Shown piece after piece: positions 1 through 12,792 of a stretch of DNA of 64,000 nt. Source of the stretch: Octopus bimaculoides (taxonomy: Eukaryota); contig NC_068987.1 of NCBI RefSeq assembly GCF_001194135.2, positions 104,516,833 through 104,580,832 of the forward strand, given 5' to 3'. Each line of letters begins with the position of its first letter. Positions within the stretch are counted from its first letter, which is position 1. The position numbers were made by a program, and so were the translations under genes. The notes beneath the pieces are model-generated. The model searched no databases. It saw only the letters and a list, made by a program, of their open reading frames with translations, and was not told the DNA's origin.

Positions 1-558
1 GTTTCATCCACTCTGTTGCAGATGTGGCACAGCAGAGACACGTGCTCATTCCTCAGGTTGACCCTGCGGTTCGTGGCCAAAGTTTGGTCTTGCGCTGCCA
101 ATATAGTGCTCTCGGTCTCCTTTTTTTTTATGGTTCCTTTCATCAGACAATCCCACCTATTTTTCCTGCAACTTCTGTTGTGGTTACATGGAATTGCTTG
201 TGTAGTCCCTTCTTGCGCAATTCTTCTTCATGTCCTTTTTGTACTTCTTCCTTTGTTTTCCCTTTTTTTCTCTTCTCTCAATACTCCCTCGTTCCTAACT
301 GTCACTAGCAAGGTTTACTTACTTTAGGCCTGGCATCTCATTAAGCTCTCGAGTTCGATACGCACGCAGTCTTCCACACTTATCAGTCCCCTTCCTCCAT
401 TTGCTCTCTTCACGTAGAGACGATCAGTGTCTGCACGTGGATGATGGGCTCTATGCATCGTTAGGAGCTTTCATGACTTCCTGTCCATCTCCTTTAGCTC
501 CTCCTCTGTCCACTTCAGGATTACAGCGCCATACCGAACTACTGCAACTGTAAACGAG
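1..558 (-). mobile_element. Decayed R4/Dong-clade non-LTR retrotransposon fragment (post-RT/thumb to start of C-terminal zinc knuckle), running off the window start
   Basis: Manual minus-strand translation gives VVRYGAVILKWTEEELKEMDRKS*KLLTMHRAHHPRADTDRLYVKRANGGRGLISVEDCV, then KETESTILAAQDQTLATN...LLCHICNRVDET. These match the characteristic R4/Dong motifs HP.AD.DRLY..R..GGRGL and ETE..I.AAQDQ. In-frame stops and frameshifts are present. Confidence 0.85.
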
Positions 559-827
559 TTTATTGCCGAAATTGTTTCTGGCATTCAGCTTTGAAGCCAA
601 CATCCAACACATCCTGATAAAACAAGAATTCTTCTCTTTAAGTCAGATTAAGAAAAAAACACTAATAAGAAAGAAACAACAGAAGAAGGTTACCTATAAT
701 ATCAAATGACATTAGAGCAGAATACAAAATGTACCAACAGAATAAGTTCCTTATGGGCTGCATCTTGACAAGCTAGACAGGGAGATGAGTGAATACACAA
801 CATACAGAAAATAGTTGTGTTAACATA

Positions 828-989
828 AGCGCAGGAGTGGCTGTGTGGTAAGTAGCTTGCTTACCAACCACATGGTTTCGGATTCAGTCCCACTGCGTGG
901 CACCTTGGGCAAATGTCTTCTATTATAGCCTCGGGCCGACCAAAGCCTTGTGAGTGGATTTGGTAGACGGAAACTGAAAGAAGCCCGTC

Positions 990-1048
<59 letters not shown>

Positions 1049-1254
1049 TGTATGTGTGTGTTTGTGTGTCTGTTTGTCCCCCCAGCATTGCTTGACAACC
1101 GATGCTGGTGTATTTACGTCCCCGTAACTTAGCAGTTCGGCAAAAAGAGACCGATAGAATAAGTCCTGGGGTCGAATTGCTCGACTAAAAGCGGTGCTCC
1201 AGCATGGCCGCAGTCAAATGACTGAAACAAGTAAAAGAGTAAAAGAGAAAAGAG
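828..1254 (+). mobile_element. tRNA-derived SINE, family A (full length, internal (TA)n/(TG)n)
   Basis: Head GGAGTGGCTGTGTGG...GGATTCAGTCCC (A/B-box-like), CORE-like CACCTTGGGCAAATGTCTT and tail GAAACAAGTAAAAGAGTAAAAGAG. The same sequence recurs at least 6 times in the window. Confidence 0.85.
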
Positions 1255-1419
1255 TATATGAAGTGCAATGAGAATGACAAAGTTTATGATTTACAATAAT
1301 TCAGTATTGGGGAAAATATCGATAGTCTAATGGCCAATATTATACTTGAAGATCTCCTTGATGAACTTCATCTTGGAACTGTTTCAACTTTTGGCTCAAG
1401 ATCTGCAGTTTCAGGAGGA

Positions 1420-1595
1420 GCGAGTAGATCGATTACATCGACCCACTTCTTGACTGGTATTGTTTTTTTATCGACATGGAAAGATTGAAAGGCAAAGTTG
1501 ACCTCACCAGGTTTGAACCCAGAATGTAAAATACTGGAAGAACTGCCGCGAAGCATTTGTTCTATGTGCTAACGATTTTGACGGCTCACCGCGTC
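1420..1595 (-). mobile_element. SINE family B, degenerate
   Basis: ATCGAC...GATTGAAAGGCAAAGTTGACCTC...TTTGAACCCAGAATGTAAA...GCTAACGATT aligns with the intact family-B copies at 15893 and 29901. Confidence 0.65.
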
Positions 1596-2239
1596 TAAGC
1601 ATTTACCTGTGAAATCAACATGTCTGTTACACTTGTTGTTTTACTTGTTGATAATGTTGATGATATTGATGTTGGGCAACCACTGTCAACTCTATCTATG
1701 ACACGTCAGTAAATGATGAAACAGCTAGAGTATAAACCACAGAACCAGAGTTCCAGATATATCATGCCACCAGATATTCTAACATGCTGTAAATTACTGT
1801 ATTTGACGCGGGTCGGCAGTCATGATATGTTGCATATCTTGTAGTGTGCAGGATGCTCCAGCATACTTGTTATCGATGTTGCTTTATTTCAGGATATTCC
1901 TATAGGAGCAGACTGATGACAAAAAGTTATTCAACTGTGACCACTTTGTTTATCTATACGATGAAAAGTTCATGGTTTTGGGATCAGTTAATTATGATTT
2001 TGTTCAACATATTCTCCTCTCTGATTCAGCGGTACTTCAGTTCTTTTAACCCTGTAAAAGAACTCGGAAGCTTGGACCTCCAGCCAGGCCATTTCGCGAC
2101 ACCCTTAAAGCCAGGAACTTTTCAACGCCCACCTCTTATATCAGGCCCTACATTGTCCACGATAAGGTATGATTTGAAAGAGATTTAGCTGCTGTTTCTA
2201 GCAAGTCTAGTGACTACGTATAAAATCTCTCATCTTCTA

Positions 2240-2788
2240 CGTGCTAGTGATGCTTACAGAGAAGTGGGGAGCAGAATCGGTGTTTGAGGATAATGGCGTT
2301 ATCATGGCTGTTTTGTTTGTGCATATCTGATATTTCTCTTTGTCTAAACTGAACAGAAGGTACAGTCTTCTACTAGTGTTATGTTGTAGTATAAAAGAGT
2401 GTGTGGTGCTTAACAGTGATTGAAAATGCATTTCCAAGGACTATGTGGTATAGAGATCACTGCAGAAACAAAATGTCTCCCTTACTTATCCCACTTAGTC
2501 TTTTCCTTTTGAATAATTCTATTCCATTATGAATATAGATTGCTTGTAGGCTGTGTGCTGTTTGTGGTGATTTTTATTCTTTGTAGTTTGTTGTGGAAAT
2601 ATTAGTGTCCCAAACAGGACCCGCATAATTCGTGATTTAAACATCATAATCGTTATTGTTGCTTTGTATTATCCATATGTGGTGCCTGTAAAGCGCTTAT
2701 TGTGTGTTTGCCTTTTACAGTCTTCTATATTTGGTATGAATGTGGTAGAGGTTCTGTAAGTAATTCCTAACAATGCTGTGTTCTCTCT

Positions 2789-2822
<34 letters not shown>

Positions 2823-3833
2823 ACATTGTCAAGTTGGTCTGGTGGTTGTACTTTGATGCTCCTTTGTGTTACCAGCAAGAAGGAAAATGGTGGATTTTAT
2901 AAGGGTTACATATAATCTTTATCTGGAGCCATTTGTTTAGGCGGTTGCTGTAGGAGTTGAATGGATATCTATATTTAGGCAATAGCAAGAGTGTTAGCTC
3001 GCCTATGTATGGTTGAGAAAGTTGTTGAGAAAGTTGTTGTATAAGTGAAAATAAACGATTGCTCACTGTGTATGGGTAAACTGGGGGATATTACTATAGT
3101 TAGCGTTTTTAAGTTGTTTTCTTAAGATGTTTACTATTTAGCTTATCAATGAGCAACATAAACTGAGTCAAAATCTTTGTTGGTGTCAATACAATGGCGT
3201 GTGCGGTGGGTTTATTATGTTTAAGACATTAAGTAATCTTTGTGTGAGGATTTCACTGTTTTTTAATTGTGTGTTCAGTGTAGAAGCTGAGTATAGTCGT
3301 CTAAATCGATAAGTCTTAAAAGAAAAGAGAATGCAATGGTTTAGAGGATGCCAAGGCGTCTTTGAATAGACAATTGTTAATGTTAAAACAAAATCTACTT
3401 TGATATGTAAGGTTCTTTCCAATTAACCTTAAGTTATTTGGAGAATCTATAATCACCAATTCCTGCTTCATAACCGTATTGTATGAAAAGTTAGCATTTA
3501 CAATTGCTTTCACCTTTACCTTCAAACTAAAATAGTTTGTTTAATATATTAATATCGCACTGAACTTATAAATAAAGGAATGCAAATCAAAAAACTCACT
3601 ATCCTCTATTATTAGTGAACTGGACATCGTTGAATTTACCAGCTTACAGGAGATATATTTAACATCATCAGGGTCTTTATATATATATTGTGTCTGGGGA
3701 GAGTCATTATCTTTTAGTGCCTTATTATTTAACACGTTCACCGGTTGAGAAGGAGAATGACTCTCCCCAGACATAATAAAGTACGCTTCAACACACGAAT
3801 TCACATAAAGAATCTTGCAAAACCAAATCCCAA

Positions 3834-3840
<7 letters not shown>
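2240..3840 (-). mobile_element. Decayed Penelope-like element (N-terminal ORF remnants plus terminal repeat with inverted tail)
   Basis: Colinear minus-strand ORF scraps: LRLIGKNLTYQSRFCFNINNCL, FSFKTYRFRRLYS..LNTQLK, ALLGITYRTSTTFIPN (weakly like the PLE L.lGlnFiPt motif). The upstream 3689-3838 segment belongs to a repeat family also seen at 26690 and 53728, one copy of which carries a hammerhead-like core. Protein similarity is weak. Confidence 0.45.
3691..3773. repeat. Perfect 18-bp inverted repeat, 47-nt spacer
   Basis: TGTCTGGGGAGAGTCATT (3691-3708) versus AATGACTCTCCCCAGACA (3756-3773). Confidence 0.9.
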
Positions 3841-3894
<54 letters not shown>

Positions 3895-4130
3895 ACATTG
3901 GGCATAGAGTCATTGGTACTTTCATATGAAGTTTCACTGATGTTGTAGATAGGTACTGACCGACAACATTTGACAAAGTGACTAAGCTTTCCAAACATGA
4001 TGGTATACTTTGAAGGTATAATTTGAAGGCTGAGTACTTTCTTCATTCGTATCTTTGGCTACAATTATGCCAGTCGATGAACACGTATTTTTGCTGTTAG
4101 TTGTAATTGCTAGTGACATTTCTCAACTAA

Positions 4131-4325
4131 AAGATGGGCGGAATCATTAGCGCATCAGACGAAATGTTTCACAGTATTTCAAAAGAATTTACGTCTTGAG
4201 TTCAAATTCCACTGAGATCAGTTTGATTTTCAGTGTCAATAAAATTTAGTAGCAGTCAAGTACTTAGATCAATTTAATTGACTGCCAACTTTTGCCCAAA
4301 TTTTTAACTTTATGATTATATTAGA
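4131..4325 (+). mobile_element. SINE family B, degenerate
   Basis: GAATCATTAGC...GAAATGTTT...TGAGTTCAAATTCCACTGAG...AATAAAAT aligns with family B. Confidence 0.6.
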
Positions 4326-4399
4326 AACAATTGTTGATCAAACAAGTCTTACTAGTATAGAAATTTCCTTCGTCAATGCCTGTTTCCAATTTAGCAAAT

Positions 4400-4800
4400 G
4401 ATGTTTCATGGTGTATCGTCCTTAGTCATTATACTACTTCACTGTATCCTAAATCTAGACCATTCTAAATGGAATCCAACGCTTCCATTTCTACATCGAC
4501 AGACAACAACCATAATACGATGCACAGCTGAATTATCTCTTGTACGGACTTTTCATTCAATTGATTCAATTCACAAATACTATTTGTGAATTTCTTCTTA
4601 AAATGGTCATTCATTGATTTACTGTCACGTGGATGGGTTTCCGGTATTTTCAACCGGTGACCTATTATTAATCTTTCAGTGGTTTTAATTAACTTCTCTT
4701 TTGTTGCTGTTACTTTCTGAAGGTATACGGAATCTTCCATGTTTGGCAAAAATAAAAAGAAGAGGGTGGGAAAAGTAATCTTGTTTAAATTTCGAGCATA
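4400..4800 (-). mobile_element. Decayed RTE-type LINE reverse-transcriptase fragment
   Basis: ORF 4465-4842(-) contains FKKKFTNSICELNQLNEKS...LCIV...VDVEMEALDSI. This matches RTE RT segment GFR.gfst.dhI.tL.QL.EK..E...l...FvD.eKAFDS (domains 2a-3). Confidence 0.55.
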
Positions 4801-4822
4801 TCTATGTGGCTGAGAAATCCTA

Positions 4823-5115
4823 CTGCGCCGCACCTTCAGCAAGTGTCTTCTACTATAGCTCCGGGCTGACTAAGGCATTGTGATTAGATTTGGCTGACAG
4901 AAACTGACAGAAGCCTGTTATGCGTATATTATATACATGCATTGGTTTGCTTACGTTCCCTTTAATTTGGCGGTTCGACCATAGTAACCGAGAGAATAAG
5001 TATCAGCTTAAAAAGAAATGAGTAGTGGAATCGATTTGTCTGACTGAAACCTTGAATGTGGTGTTCCAGCATGGCTGCTGTCCAATGACTAAAACACGTA
5101 AAAAATAAAAGATAA
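4823..5115 (+). mobile_element. SINE family A, degenerate
   Basis: GCACCTTCAGCAAGTGTCTTCTACTATAGC...GAAACTGACAGAAGCC and tail GGTGTTCCAGCATGGCTGC..CAATGACTAAAACA. Confidence 0.7.
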
Positions 5116-7407
5116 TATAAGGGTTTTTTTTTTCTTCCCTCAAAATCATTGAATATTATATTGACCTCAAAATGCATCAACCATGCCCTGACTTCAGCTT
5201 GGTTTATTCAGACTGAGAATTTTCTGTGCCACCTTCGTCGTCAATTAGCCGTGTTTTAATGGTCGCAAGTAGGGAGATCACACACGCATTTGTCTGCCTT
5301 TCTCGCCAACATTTAGTGAATTTTTCTCATTTGTAGGAAGACGAAAGTAACTTATAGAGTTATCAAGGCCCGTAACTCGCAATGACTACATTTCAAACAA
5401 TCAGTGACAATCTTAACAATTAAAAGTTCACCGAAGACATATATTAGTAAATAACAGCGAGAAAACTTTTATATCTACTCCATTATCCTCTATAAACTTA
5501 GACTAATACCTAATAGAAAGAAAACTTTACTTCGAGACAATGTCTCAAATTTAACACCTCTAAGTAAATAGTCAATTACTATATAACACGAGCCTCACAT
5601 AATCCCAGCTGTTATAACAGTATCTCAACAAACGCACAACCCTCATATGCGATGCTTAATAGCGTGTGTGCGTGAGGGATGCGTATGTGTTCCGGTACAG
5701 GCCTGCTCGCATTTGTGTTTGTTATCCTGGCAATGTCTCTATCAAAGTGTCAGCGTGTGTATATATGTGTGCGTGTCTGTGCAATAATGATTATGTCAAT
5801 AAGTAATGATAATGGAAAATATATTTATTTGATTGTTTATGTGTATAAATGCTTCTGCTTAAGTGCGTGCGCGTGTATGCATTATTTTATGCCAGGCTTT
5901 ATATAGAATAATACACACATTCATACGAATGTTTATATCTTTTTGTTTGTGTGTGTGTGTGTGTATATATGTGTGTAAGTTATAAAGTGCTTTTCTTTAG
6001 TCTGCTTATCTGTGTATCTTTTTTTTTTTTTTTTTTTTTGTTCTTCAGGATTTATCTAACTAACTATCTCTCTTCCTCAATGTGTGCGTTCATACATACA
6101 AATGCATAGTACAAATGCATGCATACATACATACATACATACATACATACATACATAGTACTATTACAAGGATAGAAATACAGTGTGTATGAAAAAGAGA
6201 AAGAGAGAAAAATAGAGAGAGAGAGAGAAGCAGACAGTCAGACATATACATATCTATCTATACGTATGAATATACATACATACATACACACATACATACA
6301 TACATACATACATACGTACGTCCGTACGTATGTATGTATGTATGTATGTGTGTATGTATGTATGCATTTGTACCCTTTATAACATAAGAAAGAATACGTC
6401 TTAAAATCCAATACCCTGCATTCGCACATTTATGGAGGAAAAGAGGGAAAGAGAAAGAGAGAAATGAAGGCAGAGAAAATGCGAGAGACAGAGACACGTA
6501 TAAGTATTAACCCAATCCATTTAATTCAATGTACGCCCAGAAGAAGTATAAAAAACACAATCGAAACAATAGCGCCGCGATGTTACAAAATGTCTATGAG
6601 AATAGATTGTTTTATATGCCGTAAAGAAGATAAGGTTTGAATGGAAAGGATATATATGATAAAAAGGTGAGGGGTTAAAAGAAAAATGATACTATCTCCA
6701 TAAGAATGAGAAGTGTGCGCTTGGAGAGAGCGTCATAGGAGTGAAAATATTTTAAAGCTGAATAGACATTCAAGAAACCTGTGATTTTATTTCTAAATTT
6801 GATGCCCCTTGGATAATTTTATGGCGGAACTGACCAGAACACGCTCGCACATTCATGCAAGTATCTATGTATGTTTGTATGAATGTATGGTAATTGTATA
6901 TATGAAAATAATTATGAAGACACGTGTGTGTGTGAGTATGTATGTATGTGTGTGTGTGTGTATGTGTGTGTGTGTATGTGCACATGTATATATTAGATAT
7001 ATATATACGTTGATACATACACATACACTCGCACATACATACACACATATGCAAAAGTGGCCCCTCTATGAAACTCAAATGCAACTATATATTTATATGG
7101 ACACACAAACAGACATTAATACATACACTCACACACTAAAACAAACACATATATTTACACACACGCTCTCACACACACACATATATGAACCGTAATATTT
7201 ACATAGTATCATATAGCAAATACATACATGCAAGTGAATGTATTTTATTTTATACTATGTATACTTAATATATCCTCTTTCCACCTAGTCAGAGAGATAT
7301 ACGTGCAAACACACATGTATATACACTGTACATGTGTATTCGCGTTCAGAGAACCACGTAGTACTTTCTACTTGTTTATATGCAAATACGCACATGCACG
7401 TGCGCAT

Positions 7408-7445
<38 letters not shown>

Positions 7446-9479
7446 TCAGGATGATATAACTACGTGACTTGCACGTTACACGTATGTATGAAGTCTATAT
7501 TTTATTGCAATCCTATTTGTGGTGATTTGTCAGGATAACCTCAGTGTGGTCATCTGAACAGCTAGAAATAGCAGTCTTTCGTATCATATCATATCCTCGC
7601 ATGTATAAAAAGAATTAAAATGATAAAAAATACTTTGGCATGATCATAGCTGGGATAGGGCTGTTCGATAAAATGTGGTCTAGCACTAAAGAACAGCAAC
7701 ATCTACTACTACTATTACTACCATGTTATACTAGTTAGTATCGTTACTGGAGTATAGCCTCGGTCAGCTCTGGTAGAATAGATATACACAAAGTAGCTTT
7801 GTATAGAAATAAGATTTCAATGAGCACAGTTCAATACTTGATTCAATATTTGCTTCGTTCGATTTAACCTCATCCATGTCTTTGAGAAAAACATGAAAGC
7901 CCTATAATCTCTATGTTTTTACCTACTTCTATGAATTACATTTCAATATTATACTTCAATATTATATTCAATATTATACTTCAACTTTAAAATATTGTTG
8001 TCAGTTTTCTCCTTATTTATTATTATTATTTTTCGTCAACACTGCTTGTGTTCGTTGTTGTTAAAATTTTATATAGCATTTTATTTGGCCTTTATTTTAA
8101 ATAGTCAGATTTATGAAAATAATCTGTTCAGTGTAGCGAAGAAATCTGAGTTATTAATAGCGTTCTTTAATCAGTTTACTTAATTCATTACTGATTTTAT
8201 GACAATCATGGTCTGAAAAAAAAAGAGTCATAATGAGGCAGAATCTATTTTTAAATGACTTAAATTCACTTTATTACAGTAAAAGAAAAAAATAAACAAG
8301 CAAACATATGATTCGTTCATTGTCTGTTAATTGAGTTTTTTTTTATGTTTCTACAATGCCCTAACACCTGGTCGAAATCATAGTCTTCTTTCAGAAACAG
8401 CTGGAAAATATCAATAAAGCATATAACCCTATACAAAGTAGTAATCTCTGAAGCACGCATTTATTTCAACTAAATTTATTATAAATCATTTGTATTTAAA
8501 GGTCCCCGACCGTTTTATAGTACCGTCTACTTTGATTGTACTATGCATAGAACACCAGACAATAATGTTCATTTATAATATCATGCTTAGAGAGAATATA
8601 TTTTAAAGAATATTTCAACAACCACCAGTTCTGTAATTGTTATAACTAGAGCGACAAATGAAAACATATCCTTACTTTAATTTTGTGTATATTCAAATGC
8701 TTGATTAGAGTAGGTATTTTAATAATCATTTTAATATATAAGTTCGCTTTTACAAATAGATAATCTTTTGTTTGAGATTTAAGAGCACGTTCATAACACT
8801 AAATTCATTTACAGACAGAAACAAAAATGAAAACCGTACTACATATACAAACATATGCATTTGTTTATCTTTACCCAATATTATCAATATCATTTTACTT
8901 TTGAGCACTTTCATAACTTTGAAATATTTTAGACATATAAAAAAAAAAGATCCTGAATAAAATAATAGTTAACGAAGTAAGATGTTGCGTAGTATCAGAG
9001 TGCGACATCTTCATATCTTTGGGGCGTGGAAGTAACACTGTTTAATTAAGTTTCTCATGATATCCATTTAAAATATAAACAAATGTTCTTTTAATATAAA
9101 TGTTATAACTTTTACTAAAGTTAAGAAATTCTTTTAGATTAATTACTCTTATTAATAAAATGTTGTAAAAGTTTCTTACACTTTAAAAAGTTTTGCGTCA
9201 ATTTTGCGTCGGCTGCTATAAAATCAGACTAAGTGTATAGTTTTCGCACCTGCTTTTTGTCTTAACTCCCCTGAATGGAACTCTCCTCTTATTCAACGCT
9301 TTTAAGATCTAGAACAAGCGATACAGAGTTAAAAATTTAGTTGCGTATTAATTGCGAAATATAACAAAACAAATGCCCAGTATATTTTGTATAATGAATA
9401 TATCAATAATTTATTTAAAAAATCATTTGCTTTAAAGATATATACGCCTCAAAGTATTTAAATCGTTCCTCAGCTAGTT

Positions 9480-10520
9480 AGAAGGGGGCTAGCTCTGCTG
9501 TACAATCTCTTGTGGCGTCAATTTTGAATGCGCAACTATTTCGCGCGGAAACTGCATCCGCTGAAAACCCACGCGAAAAACTCTCCCGCTCTCCGCAATT
9601 AAGAAAGATATAAACTTTTTTTTTTCTCTCTGGATTTTAGGAGCTTTTTAACGAAGAACTAGGCTTTCTTTACTGTCGTCAGTGCCTGACAATAGAACAT
9701 TGAGCCTACCCTTCAACACAAGTACGCCTCATGCAAATGAGAAAATGCTGGCTTGAAAACTACTTTTGGCCTGAAAAGCTTCATTGTACACGGTGTAAAG
9801 AAAACCAACAATCGAAAATAACAAAGAACAATTAATAAGTTGTTTTTCTACCAAACGGCAGATGGCTGGGTCTGCGGCTTCTAGACTGAAAGTTCACGCG
9901 ATGGGAAGGAAAACTTTTTACAACGCCATTTCTTTTTCTTCTCCCCCCAACCTCAAAAAAAAGCAAGTTGCATCGTTTCTAGAGGTGTAGCTTAGAGAGT
10001 TGTCTTTATTGCAACTTGGCCTGGAGAGAGGGAGAGAAAAAAATGCAGCAGTTTATCGGAAGAATGAATATATTTTATTGTTTCGGTGTCTTGTATACAC
10101 TTTTTTTCTTTTTATCAGGATATGAATAGCTTCCGAGACCCCAACAGGACTAATGTAAGCCACGTGGGCAAGATCTAGCTTGGTTTAATAGCGCGTGTGT
10201 ACCAGACGATGGAGCGGGCCGCGTGTGTCGTCTAACTGTACAGAAAGATGCGGTCTTTGTGATAGGATCCAATTGCACACTAAGGCCAATAATTTGTACG
10301 TAATGGTAATTTGGCGTCAGCAAAGGAACAGGAGGGGTTTCGTCTCAAATGAACAGACGCTTCGAGCAGGCGTGGGGCCTGTCGACAGCATGTTTTGTAA
10401 AGTATTCAAATGGTCCCAACTTCCAGTGGCGATCACCTGCCTTTAGGAGGCGAGCACCCACAACCAGATGCAAAAATTATTTAATGATCAAATCAGTATT
10501 GGGGGTGCAAGTGAGTAAGA
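9480..10520. promoter_or_regulatory. Candidate promoter/enhancer block (relatively CpG-rich, motif-dense, repeat-free)
   Basis: E2F-like TTTCGCGCGGAAA 9539-9551, CACGCG twice, octamer ATGCAAAT 9731-9738, SOX CATTGT 9782, and E-boxes CAGATG 9859/10465, CACGTG 10161 and CACCTG 10434. Motif inspection only. Confidence 0.35.
10119..10154 (+). CDS. Candidate 36-nt frame-preserving microexon (DMNSFRDPNRTN), gene unknown
   Basis: Long polypyrimidine tract ending TATCAG|, then 36 nt, then |GTAAGC. Only phase 0 is open. There is no transcript evidence. Confidence 0.2.
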
Positions 10521-12757
10521 AGAGAGCGTAAGACCTGAAACAAGGCGTCAGGAAGTAAAAGTGAGACGGTGGTAGTGTGTGAGGAAGAAGAGATCTTTGA
10601 TATGAAAAATACTTAGTCCAAAAGAAAGAATAAATAGAAAATGAAAAATGGGTGAAGGGTGGGGGAGATAAAAGGGAAAGAAAGAAGTTATAATGAAGAG
10701 GGGAAAAGAAAACAAGAGAATGATTTCAACTTCTGTCCTCTTTGTCTATATCTTTTTTCTCTTTCTGGTTAGAGATTTTTCTTTCATATTTTCTTCTTTC
10801 TCTATTCTGTAGTTTGTTTGTTTTTATTTAGTTTTGTTTTTGTTTTTATTTTCTCCCCCATCTTCGTAACCTTTTCCTCGTCTTTATTTTTTATATATAT
10901 AATGTAATGTGATTGTGTTGATAGTACATAGACGAAGGAAAGAAGCGAACACACCAATTGTCTGTGATTATGATGAGACAGCACTGAAGACGTGATCTTA
11001 CTGGAGAGGTCGACAGACACTGAACATTGCAAACGAAAAAAAAAAACAAAAAAAAACGAAGTTCATAATAATATCAAATGTAGTAAAAACAAAAAGTTTC
11101 TGATATGATTTTATTTTATTTTTATTTTTTTAACGAACATATCAATATTACAGTTTTACAGTTCAAATTGTAGTTGTGAAGAAATGAGTCAATAGCAAAA
11201 TGGTAGGTTGTTGCTTAAGGTGGGTGGGAGAAATATGAAGACGGTAGGGAAGAAAGGGGAAGCACACAGCAGGGGAATAAGATGGAATAAGGGTGTTTGG
11301 TTTGTACAAGTTAGAGTAGGTGCGAATGTATAGCAGCGAACATTGGGGTGTGATATTTTCAATAGAATTTAGATAGACTAAGAAAGAAGGATTTACTTAA
11401 TATTTGTTTTTGTGTGTAAATATATCAACGTGTACGTGTGTATGTATATGTGAGAGAACTTATGTGTATTTTTGTGCATGCTTTTTCATGTGTGTGTGTG
11501 TGTGCGTGTGTATGTGTGTGTGTGTATGGATGAAAGAAAGGGAGGAAGATTCTGTGTATGTATCTGTAGTGTTCGTGTATTCAATGAGTGTGTACGTGTG
11601 TGTGAGTGAGAAAGTGAGAAAGTGAGAAAGTCTATGTATCTGTAGGATTGTGTGTGTGTTTGTGAGCGCGCGTGTGCGTGCATGTGCGTGTGTGCGTGCA
11701 TGTGTTAATGAATTTCAATATGTGCTTTGTCCAAGAGAGAGAACTCTCCACTCATAAAATCTGCTTGCTAAAACTACATGTGTATTGAGAAAGAAATTAT
11801 AAAGATTGAAAGAACTTCTTTAAGGATTTCTCTTCACAAAAGAAAAATGAAGTAGATCTGATTAGACAAACAAGAAAGAAGAATAATTATAAAAAATGAA
11901 CAATAAATGAAATTAAAAAAAAAAACAAGGATAAAAATAGGTAAATGAAATAGTCTCTTTAAATACTTAATCTCCGCCCCAACACTTTTTCTGTTCTACT
12001 TTTTCTTCTTTACTTTTTGTATTTTTATACTTTTTACTTCAAGTTTCTTGTGAGAAGAAAACCTGAAGGTAATATAAAGCATAATGAATAATTCATTCAT
12101 TCAATAATTCTATCACCTTTATTTTAGAGAAATAAGCCAAGAAAGCTAAGTATACACTATGCAATGAGAAGTGGCCACTTTCCATTTATGTGTGCCTTGT
12201 TTTGTTTCTCTTCTTAGATGGCACCCTACGAGTGAACAAGTAAAAAGTCTTGATAGCTTTTGTCCGTATATAGAAAGAAATTAATTGGAGAAAAGTTGTA
12301 CGCCTTTCTGGTGCTTTTTTTTTTTTTGAAGAAAAGTCTTAATATGGGAAAAGTCCTTTGTAAGTAGAAAAGGGTGGGAGTCACAAATAAGTTATTTTCG
12401 TCGGAATAAAATTGGTCATATGAAGACTATCCACATATGTCGCGTTCAAGTGAGCTTTCCAACTGACACATATGTTGATGAGATCGCAATATTTTTCTTG
12501 ATGGGCTCTGAACCGACAGATTCACATAGAAAAGAAAACAAGGCACTACATGTAAAAAAAACAAACACTCGTACATTTATACATACTTACTAACGCATGC
12601 ATAGGTACACACAACGATAGGCTGATAAATGTATTCAAACATATTAAGAGCTATAAAGACGCGAAGCGACGTGCGTGTGTCGACGTATAAAGCCCTAAAA
12701 TAATGCCCTCACTCACACGCATATGCCCACACACACTCACACACACACACACACACA

Positions 12758-12792
<35 letters not shown>

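Noticed and set aside
3625-3680. Minus-strand CTGATGA...AACGATGTC as hammerhead
   Set aside because: GAAA is absent and stem I does not pair. At best it is an unrecognisably decayed motif.
12210-12224. CTCF-like AGATGGCAC
   Set aside because: The 5' half of the motif (CCASY) is missing.
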